Source of the DNA: Neoechinorhynchus agilis
Taxonomy: Eukaryota; Animalia; Acanthocephala
Reading direction: 5' to 3'
Assembly: GCA_051530055.1 (NCBI GenBank)
Contig: CM121342.1
Location: 14,399,480 to 14,463,479 of the forward strand
Length of the DNA stretch: 64,000 bases
Below the pieces are notes generated by a model. It did no database searches, was not told the DNA's origin, and saw only the letters and a list, made by a program, of their open reading frames with translations. Every line of letters starts with the position of its first letter. Positions within the stretch are counted from its first letter, which is position 1. This document shows positions 1-8,583 of the stretch, piece by piece. Position numbers and translations under genes: made by a program.

Positions 1-988
1 TTGAATTTAAGAATAATCATAAACAAAATATTATCTCTCATAAAACAGAGTAAAACGAGTAAATTGTGTGTTTTCGCATTTAATAAACAAAGAGATTTTC
101 CTCGTACCTGAATATAGCCAAAGCGAAAATAACATCTTACGTGAAACAATCAGATGAATGTAATGGAATCTATTATTATTCATTCTACTAATCAGGGCAG
201 TACGAAAAATTACACTTTACATTGCTTTTCAGTTCACTTTAAATATATATAAAAAATTAAAAAACAGCCAGCCCACTAAACGAGAAAAACTCAAGATACA
301 ACGTCGTCGGCTCTACATCTCCCGAACTATAGTCGAAGAATTGAATTTAAGAATAATCATAAACAAAATATTATCTCTCATAAAACAGAGTAAAACGAGT
401 AATTGTGTGTTTTCGCATTTATAAACAAAGAGATTTTCCTCGCCTGAATATAGCCAAAGCGAAAATAACATCTTACGGAAACAATCAGATGAATGTTATG
501 GAATCTATTATTATTCATTTTACTAATCAGGGGTAGAAAAATACACTTTACATTGCTTTCCAGTTCACTTTAAATAATAAAAATTAAAAAACAGCCAGCT
601 CACTAAACGAGAAAACCTCAAGATATCACGTCGTCGGCTCTACATCTCCCGAACTATAGTCGAAGAATTGAATTTAAGAATAATCATAAACAAAATATTA
701 TCTCTCATAAAACAGAGTAAAACGAGTAAATTGTGTGTTTTCGCATTTAATAAACAAAGAGATTTTCCTCGTACCTGAATATAGCCAAAGCGAAAATAAC
801 ATCTTTTAAGAATAATCAAACAAAATATTATCTCTCATAAAAATAAAACGAGTAAATTAAGAATAATCATAAATAAAATATTATCTCTCATAAAAAGGTA
901 AAACGAGTAAATTGTGTGTTTTCGCATTTCCTAAACAAAGAGATTTTCCTCGTACCTGAATATAGCCAAAGCGAAAATAACATCTTAC
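1..988. repeat. Tandem repeat, ~330-340 bp unit (2 full copies plus broken partial copies)
   Basis: TTGAATTTAAGAATAATCAT recurs at 1, 341 and 668; partial copies at ~806 and ~857-988; copies differ by many small indels. Confidence 0.92.
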
Positions 989-1090
989 GCAATTTCAAAT
1001 TCACGTACCTTCCTTGCTCATTGTCGCCATAGAAACCATATCCCTGTTTAGAAGGTTTTGCATAGTTTATCAAGAATATCATATTTTCCA

Positions 1091-1889
1091 ATGTCTATTG
1101 GTAGTTCATCATCGACTGAATCGGAAGATGAACTCAGGTGTGTGATCTGTATGGAGAAGTATGCTCCGTCCGCATTCGTCAAATCAAAAAATTGTGGTCA
1201 CGGTGCATGTGGTTTGTGTATGGTGAAATGGATGTGTGCGACGCCAGCCAAAGTTCGATTGTCCACTTGCCCACTTTGCCGGTCGAACCTTTTTGAACGA
1301 GATATCTGTCATCTTGTTTACCTAAATCAAAGACCAATCGATGGAATGTCCATCGAAATACTCGACACCATCAAATTTGCTACAGCGTGCACAGAGCCTA
1401 AATTTAGACTAAGATACGTAAAGCGAATGCTGTATCATCGGGCGATTTTCGTTTCGAAAATAGAGAATCCGGACGATCCATCGGAAGGAACTTCTCGGTG
1501 GGTTCGTCCGACTTCAAAAGATATATTTACTCAAGAAACTCTTTAACGAAGAACCTCCTTCTTAAAGATTCTTGAATAGACGAAGACCAAGTTATTTCAA
1601 TAGAATGTACTCGTTTCTTGTGAACGAGCTTCGAATACTTTACTGCTATCAAAGAAAGGCTCCGAGACGTTTGGCGAAATATGTCCAAAGGTACGGCTTG
1701 GATTCCAGCATTTTCAAAGAAAAAACTGAGAAGTTCGTTCATTCCGCTTTCGTTGATCAATTCATCCATGAACTTATAATGTTCTGCAAGCTTTATCCAG
1801 GCCTTAAATACGCTCACAATTACTCAATTTACAATGGAAAAACGTTGAGAGACCTGTGTAAAGAACCGCAATTACTTGTATTTCTTTGA
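1091..1889 (+). CDS. TOPORS: Topors-like C3HC4 RING E3 ligase (2 exons: 1091-1497, 1568-1889)
   Basis: RING motif CVIC..CGHGACGLC..CPLCR. A 70-nt intron GTGGGT..CTTAAAG (1498-1567) joins the two ORF-track frames. Exon 2 (RMYSFLVNEL..RYGLDSSIF..FIHELIMF) resembles the conserved Topors post-RING region (RLVPWLKREL..RYDLESQAF..FIHEFISF, recalled from memory). Confidence 0.6.
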
Positions 1890-2119
1890 ATCCCAAAAAA
1901 TAGATAGAAAGCTTCAGCGAAAGACTGAAATGCGAAATTGCCGCATAAATCAACCATTACAATGGAATCATCGAAATAATTCAACTGCAAATTAAATGTA
2001 GATTCTTCCAATCACAAAACCACCAATTACGTAAAACAAAAACACGTAAGGTACAACTGCGAAAATCTATCAGAGAATATACAATCGATAATCATAGCGG
2101 GGAAAAAGATTTTATAATT

Positions 2120-3230
2120 TTAACATATAATTGAATTTTGAAGATTGGCCAGCCGGTAACTTATGTCAATGTGTGGCCTTTTTATCACACGGCTATGCCG
2201 CATGTAGATGTCGCCCAAGGTCGGAGCTAATGGCGATCCCATGACTATACCATCTTTTTGATCGTATAAAGCGTTCTCAAATTCAGAGGCAGTCATACTC
2301 GTGCACCATTGAATTAGGGACTGCCACGGTCCAAGGTCCAAACGTGGTTCACTACAATTCTTCGATAGTAAATCAGCCGATAATTCAACCGTTTTGGTCA
2401 AGGGGACATTGGTGAAAAGAGCGTCCACATCACCCGTAAACATTCTATAATGCTTAACGTTAATTTTCCTGATCTCAATCGCAAACTTGGGCCCATCCTT
2501 GATGTGTGAAGAAGATGTGCTTAAAATCACTCGTAATAAAGAATTGATCCTTTTGGATAGGCGAAGTAGATCGAATCTAATGCTTCATAATATAGTTCGG
2601 TCCCTTGTTCAGCAAATTCAATTCCCTTGAGGAAAAGGTTTGTCGGTAAAACTGAGCCGACTCATGGGATATATAGAATGCACTGTGAGCAGTGAGAGAA
2701 AGTATATATCGGACAAACGATGCAGGGCATTAAGAAGAGAGTCGCCCGGCATATGCAAGCTTGCGATCGATTTGAGCATTCTTCGGCAATCTCTAATCAT
2801 CAAGAGACATGCAAGCATCGAGCGGGTTTTGGTGGCACCAACTTTATAGACATAGAACAAAACTTAAAAAGACCTCTTGTTTTGGAGGCCTTACACATCG
2901 CTGTGTCCAACGCAATGGAAGGAAATAAAGCTAATTTTAGCGGGGTTCGAGCGGATAATTGGTCCCCGAACTTCGGGTTTGGCGATCCCGCGCACTCGAG
3001 CTCAAAACCTTAATGTGTAAAACTCATTTTTTAGATGACTGATGAGGCGAGCTTACCCCGCGAAATATTTTCAATAAATCAAATATGTTATGACCAGGAT
3101 TATTTTCATCAAAAGTATACTTTGATTAGCCCAAAGGAGTTTCTATCGATGAAGGTAATTGAATATTACACCAAATTCTGTTTGAATGCCAATTGGAATC
3201 TAGGATGGGAAAAAGCAACTCGATAACCGT
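2120..3230. mobile_element. Penelope-like element remnant: RT fragment (- strand) inverted relative to GIY-YIG endonuclease and pseudo-LTR (+ strand)
   Basis: The - strand ORF has DALFTNVP and QKDGIVMGSPLAP (PLE RT motifs). The + strand from ~2665 reads HGIYRMHCEQ*EKVYIGQT..KRVARH..VLEALHI (GIY-YIG with an in-frame stop). 2940-3160 is near-identical to the reverse complement of 51977-52195. Confidence 0.9.
3036..3072 (+). ncRNA. Minimal type I hammerhead-like motif in PLE pseudo-LTR
   Basis: TGA-CTGATGA-G-GCG(N9)CGC-GAAA-TA-T-T-TTCA; stem I is imperfect. An identical core occurs on the - strand at 52062-52099. Confidence 0.65.
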
Positions 3231-3396
3231 AAATCAGCTTAGCCTGCTTAGAATTCGCAATCATTTTTGAATAAAAGCAAACAGTTATCAAACCCCCCGC
3301 AAAAGTTCCTGAATTTTCTTGGGGGTGACCACTGCAAATGGAATACGAATTCTTCCAGATAAAAACCGAAATGACGTAATTTTCAGTGTTTGCACT

Positions 3397-3915
3397 CGAA
3401 AAACTTGCGAAACAGAGGCAAAGCTTAGAGAAATGTCGGAACTTTCCGAGAGGTGAAATATTGGGGAGATAAATTAGTAAAAATTTAAATCCGGGGTATA
3501 ACTAAGAAAAAGAAAGTATCTTTTGCCGCGAAGTTATTAATTGGAGATATAATTTATTCGTGGAACTTTAACAGTGTTTTTAAGAGAGACCCGAAAAATT
3601 TCCGAAACAAATGCAAACCTAGAAAAAACGCCGGAACTATCCAAGAGGTGAAATGTCGGTAATAAATTAGTAAAAATTCAAATCCGATTGCAAGATAACT
3701 AAGAAAAAGAAAGTACCTTTTCCCGCGAAGATAATAATCGAAGATATAATTTATTCGTTAAACCTAACGGTGTTTTTCGAGAGAGACCCGAAAAACTTGC
3801 GAGATCAATGCAAACCTTTAGGAAATGTCGGAACTATCCGATAGGTGAAATTTCGGGGAAATAAATTAGTAAAAATTGAAATTCGTGTTCAAGATAATTA
3901 AGAAAAAGAAAATAT
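3397..3915 (+). repeat. Tandem repeat, ~195-197 bp unit x ~2.6, each unit with a decayed hammerhead-like motif
   Basis: Units start at ~3397, 3592 and 3789. Each has a TCGGA-ACTA-TCCGA-type hairpin followed by GAAA-NN-T-Y-GG. Dispersed copies occur at 20915-21058 and 29425-29700. Confidence 0.85.
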
Positions 3916-4059
3916 TGAACACGAAGACATAACGGTGAAAGTGTAATTGGTGACCCTCTGAGATTACTGGGATTTTTTTTAGATTTGACACGAAATCCAC
4001 GCAAACAATTGCTAGTTGTTGTTTTTTCTAAATGTGTATGCGCTTCGAATTCATTAGTT

Positions 4060-4482
4060 TCAGGCAAGCATGGTAGTATCTGTAGCATCAACTCGTTCTG
4101 AAGCAAGATAATACTGTTTATCTTCCTCGCTTTCGCCGAGCCATACAAATCCAACTGGACCTTTTTCGCATTCGGCACAAGCTAAAAACTGAACATTGTC
4201 ATCCTCCGGTCGTTTTTTAATAATAGCGATATTCTCGAAATCGCAAACATCCTTCACATGCCATAACTTAATTTCTCTATGAGAGCGATGGATATCCGTA
4301 GTTTCAACCTCTGATATTCATCTTTCTTTCTTTTTACTAGAATGATCGTTAAGTCCAGTGAATCCTTTTACTTTATGTGGAAACGAAACGAGTGGAATTG
4401 CTATTTGAGGTCGAAGCATAACCGTCCGGCAGTGAGGACATGAAAGTTCAGTAGAGTTTGTGCTTATTTCTACGGCGGACAT
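4060..4482 (-). CDS. RABIF: Mss4/RABIF guanine nucleotide exchange factor
   Basis: ATG at 4482; CPHC..MLRP, W.VKD..DFENI, FLACAECEKGPVG and YYLASERV match the Mss4 zinc fold. An in-frame TGA at ~4320 must be removed by a short intron (candidate 4311-4337). Confidence 0.88.
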
Positions 4483-4910
4483 TGAACAAGCGACACCTAA
4501 GCGATCTTGCTCTCAAGAATAAGCTACGCGCTTCTCAAAGAAAGAAACGACGGACTAATATTGTTCGCTACAACAAAATAAATATCGATTAATGCCTTTG
4601 ATTAGCATGAAGCAACAAATATTCGTTATCAGTAGAATATACTTTTCATAGGTAAAGACCAACCGTTAGCAACTCGTTTGCTATCATCAACATTTCGTTT
4701 GTGTATCTCGCTCTCTTTTTCGTTTTTTTGCTCAACAAAAACAGCTCGAAAAGCTGCCTTTTTGATGTAATGGTCGAAAGGACGGATCCTCGGATCGCCA
4801 GTGATTCGTCCGAGTCTCTTGGACAACGCCTCGGTCGATCCCAAAAGGGACCGCTACGTGTGAAGCCAACTTTTATTACATTCGTTTAGCTCGATTGTAG
4901 ACACGGCTTA

Positions 4911-5763
4911 ATGTCAGCGAACCGAAAACTAAAAGCCCTTTGCTATGAGTATGCGGAAACATTTTCAATCGATGGTAAGATAATATCGCTGTTTATTGTC
5001 TCCTGATCCAATAAAAAGACGAGTCCGCATTCCGATCAGTGGTGGGATGGCTTGAGAACGCCGTGATTGGCGCGGATAGTCAAATCGGTAATCAACTTCG
5101 TTCAATTGACAATCCACGGTGGAATGAACACCTTTTGACCGTAAGTAACTCATTTGCGTGTTGCCTTATTTCGAATTTATTCGTTTCATCAGTACATTCA
5201 AAAAGTCAGATATAAACACGATCCAACATCAAAAGCAGCAATTCTCGATTTTCTCCTTAATCTCAGTCTACGAATAAAATTTAACAAAACAAGTAATATA
5301 TGGCCGCGGAGCGTGTTCAATTTTAAACCCAATTTTAGAGGATAAGCATAACGTGGAATCGCATGCAACTCCAATGTCCAAGCAAAAGCTAACTTCTTTA
5401 AATCTCGAAGATGCATTAGTTCAACAAATTATCGAAAATTTGGCATGTAAACTTCAAATTAGCATCAAAGCTAATGATCCGCTTACTGTTCTTCGAGCTA
5501 TTGAACTTCTCATCTGCGAAGACGTTGGCCAGTCAGGTAGTGCTGAAGAAGATAAAGGATCTTTTCACTTTAATCTCAACCATGTTCCACTTGGATTTGA
5601 ACCCAATGACAAGGTCTTGGACCAGTGCGCGGCCATTATGCGACTTTTGTATATCAAAGATCTAAGAAAATTACAAACTCAGATTAATCAAATCATATCA
5701 GAGTCCCAGCTTATCACGGCCGATCCCAAGACGGATAGTAAACTTGCCAAAATCGGATTTTAA
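4911..5763 (+). CDS. RTRAF: RTRAF/C14orf166 (tRNA ligase complex subunit), 4 exons
   Basis: Spliced read MSANRKLKALCY..FRSVVGWLE..; C-terminus ..AAIMRLLYIKDLRKLQTQINQII..ITADPKTDSKLAKIGF matches the family; three GT-AG introns of ~44-50 nt. Confidence 0.92.
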
Positions 5764-6006
5764 GTAGAAATAAATTACCATTGTTAGTTACAAAGTTTGT
5801 CAATAGCATAAAAGCAACCGACCTAATTTGCTAGGTTTTTTACTGAGCAAGAGATTGAATATAAATGCAGTTTCAAAGCTAAGATCATTGAGTTAGAACA
5901 AAAGAAACAAAAACCAAAAATGTCATATATCATTGTTCTCGGGGTGAATTTGATTGTACGTTGGCGAATCATGTCCCCGGTGTTATCGATACTCATTTAT
6001 TTATTT

Positions 6007-6046
6007 GAGAAATATTTCCCAAGGTTTTCCTTGCCTCTTCAGTCTC
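6007..6046 (-). ncRNA. Inverted partner hammerhead with C11.1>G mismatch
   Basis: Reverse complement reads GAGA-CTGAAGA-G-GCAAGG-AAAA-CCTTGG-GAAATATT-TCTC. Confidence 0.65.
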
Positions 6047-6396
6047 TATCTAAAACGGACATGATATAAACAGCATGCACAGCCGGTCATTTCTGGATGT
6101 AGCTCAGATCCGCGGGTTTGCTAATACCCGAAGTGTGGGGGGTTTCGATCCGCACACACCTAATTCTTGGGGCCATTCACATCCGCGGAAATCCAACGAT
6201 GGAAGGCAACAAATCAAACTTCACTCTGGTGCTACCAAAGTTGCGTAGCACGACGAACAAATTAGTCGGCAACAAACCGCAAGAAATGTGTGCGGATCGA
6301 ACCCCCACACTTCGGGTATTAGCAAACCCGCGGATCTGAGCTACATCCAGAAATGACCAGCTGTGCATGCTGTTTATATCATGTCCGTTTTAGATA

Positions 6397-6436
6397 GAGA
6401 CTGAAGAGGCAAGGAAAACCTTGCGAAATATTTCTC
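6397..6436 (+). ncRNA. Minimal type I hammerhead ribozyme (structurally intact candidate)
   Basis: Stem I GAGA/TCTC; core CTGAAGA plus extra G; stem II GCAAGG-AAAA-CCTTGC; GAAA; palindromic stem III (GAAATATTTC); predicted cleavage after AUU at 6432. Confidence 0.8.
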
Positions 6437-6501
6437 ACATAAATAAATGAGTAACGACAACACCGGGGACAGGATTCGCAAACATACAAACAAAAACTAA
6501 A

Positions 6502-6774
6502 ATGTTACGATTTCATTTAAATCCGTGTGGCAAGAAAGCGCTATTCAAGGCCACCAACATTGAATTCGCCCCTGGTCGTTCTTTTTGGCGTCAAGACACT
6601 CGTGCTGTTTTGTACCGCAGCGCAGGACCTGGTCAAAACAATTGTCCAAGATACTGGGACGAATCACTGATAATCGGAGGACGGGGAACGCTGTATCCGC
6701 CCCCTAGACTAATTACACCCAAGAAGACAGCCGATAAACCCAGAGCAGTGGCGTGGATGTTTGATATAACGTGA
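6502..6774 (+). CDS. Intronless 90-aa basic protein; weak resemblance to complex I subunit NDUFA7
   Basis: ATG-started ORF with coding-like composition, between RTRAF and CIAPIN1. The GP...GR...PP..I pattern recalls NDUFA7 but is not decisive. Confidence 0.55.
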   Translation: MLRFHLNPCGKKALFKATNIEFAPGRSFWRQDTRAVLYRSAGPGQNNCPRYWDESLIIGGRGTLYPPPRLITPKKTADKPRAVAWMFDIT

Positions 6775-6931
6775 AATATCTTTGGTCGTCAAATTGACTA
6801 CAGAAAGTTCGTTCGTCACCGAACAAATAATTAATGAATTTATTGACACTGATTTACGCAAAACAAGAAAAGAGTACTAGCAAATACTAATGTAGAAAAA
6901 AATGCTCATTTCAATCAGAATGTTCATTTGT

Positions 6932-8237
6932 TCAATCAACGTTAATCTTGACTTTTTCCCCGGGCTTAAATGGCGGCATTCCTCTGTATGGACAGGTCGC
7001 GCACCTAAAAGCGTCTCCTTTGTAGCACTAAAAATAGAACAACCACCATGGTTATATTCCGTAGATCTTAAGAGAAGGATACTTACACTTCCACAATTTG
7101 ATTTGGGAGCAATCATTTTTGTCTTCTCAGTTTCCGCCTTCTCCAGCTCCTGAGCTAATCCGCATGTGCAGTTCTTGCACGCTCTTCTGACTTTCCCGGT
7201 GGACGAACATGAACCTCAAGGGAGTACAAAATGTTATAAAAATTTCTGGAAAATGAGGATAGTTTCTTTTCTTCGAGCTAGAATTCTAGTTTTACACAGA
7301 TCTAAGCTGAAAAGAGTCCAAAAAGAACCGTTTCGTTCGGAATCAAAATCCGCACTAAATAACATTTTTAAATAAAAAGGTCATTTCAAATTTAATTGTG
7401 GCCCATTGATTTTTTTTCTTTTACCAATCACGATATCTAAATTCGAAGAAAATCTTCAAAATGCTTCGGCGATTTCTCGAATAAAACATATTTTACACCC
7501 ACCTCTTTTCAAAAAGACTTACTTTCTGACTTCATATCAGGAACTATGAGATCTTCCTCGGTCAACAAATCATCGGTATTAATTGTTTCGTCATCAAACC
7601 AGTTCGGTTCTGTTCTAGGACTTTCTAACATATCATCTTTCACTTTCTCAAACATTTCAAAATCAGGCTTAAATACGACGAACTGATAGTAGCCGTCAAT
7701 CCTTGCAACGTCTTCTTCTACGTCTTTTCGAACAAATCCGTTCAAAACGACGGTATCGTTCAACTGCAGAATCTGATCGTCCAAATCTACATTATTCAAC
7801 CAAAAAAGATCAAATAAAAATACGAAAAAGTCACGTCAGACCATTAGTTTTAGGCCAAAGGATTGCAAGAGACCCGCCTTTGCGAAGGGATCGATAAGCT
7901 TTTCTAATAACCTGGCTCTGAAAATCCTCAATGTTCTTCGAAATTAATACCAATGAATCGCACACTTCCAGTCCTGATTAAACAAATTAAATGAAAAAAT
8001 AAATAGAGCGTTCTTGTTACCAATAGCATCCATGTATTCAAATGAAAATTCTTCCACAAGAAACTTCAACGATACATTGCTCAAATCAGAATCGGATATA
8101 AAGTCTTTAGCAACATACTTAATACTAATCGAATCGATCGCCATCTGAAATAAACTTTCCTTTGAGAATCAACATAAAAAACTTCAAAGAACAATCAATT
8201 ATACTAAAAAGTAAAGGACTTCCGCGTACAGCGCCAT
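6932..8237 (-). CDS. CIAPIN1: Anamorsin/Dre2 Fe-S cluster assembly protein (multi-exon)
   Basis: Spliced read [11 protein letters not shown]|[71 protein letters not shown]; both CxxC clusters are present; GT-AG introns. Confidence 0.95.
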
Positions 8238-8357
8238 TTCAGTGCATCTCATAATGAAAAAAATAAATACACTAAAAGAAGGTTTCAAATGTCGCAAATA
8301 TCTAGAATAAAACTTTAAATTCGATGAAATCAAAACCGAAAATTGTAGGGCTGCGAA

Positions 8358-8583
8358 AACAACAAACTTTCCTGAGAGTTTTACTGATGACACTTTAAAC
8401 AAAATGAAATTCTGCATTCTTGATTTTCATCTAAACTTCCAAAAAAACAAAGAAAATGTTAATCTCTTGTACCAAATTAATACACCACTGATTTTTCAAT
8501 ATAAATCCTATTTAACTCTTAACTGAGCCCTAAATTCGATGTAATCAAAACCGAAAATCGTTGTAATTGTTATAGTTTTTGCC
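8358..8583. repeat. ~225-bp direct duplication, copy 1 (uninterrupted)
   Basis: Matches 12364-12460 joined to 15437-15567, where the CRE element interrupts it. Confidence 0.9.

Larger units (their letters stand above)
5952..6492. mobile_element. PLE-derived fold-back element: ~205-bp inverted arms around a GIY-YIG C-terminal fragment
   Basis: 5952-6158 is the reverse complement of 6287-6492. The spacer encodes LILGAIHI..TMEGNKSNF, homologous to VLEALHI..AMEGNKANF in the PLE at 2720-3013. Confidence 0.9.

Noticed and set aside
1-988. 340-bp tandem array as an SL RNA or retrozyme array
   Set aside because: No convincing Sm-binding site after the CAG|GT, and no hammerhead core with a downstream GAAA.
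1498-1567. Apparent frameshift and stop in the RING gene
   Set aside because: Fully explained by a 70-nt GT-AG intron.
3397-3915. CRISPR-like array
   Set aside because: Whole units repeat with no unique spacers, no cas genes are present, and the context is eukaryotic.
4318-4320. Genome-wide reassignment of UGA
   Set aside because: TGA is the apparent true stop in RABIF, CIAPIN1 and RPL30.
8145-8150. TTTCAG immediately before ATG in CIAPIN1 and TLK, suggesting spliced-leader trans-splicing
   Set aside because: For CIAPIN1 a cis donor at 8204 and an in-frame 11-codon first exon (ATG 8237) explain it; TLK probably also has upstream exons. No SL RNA gene was found.
8384-8415. CTGATGA..GAAA in the 225-bp duplication (also 12390) as a hammerhead
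   Set aside because: Stem II is weak, the stem III/cleavage triplet spacing is wrong, and there is no stem I pairing.
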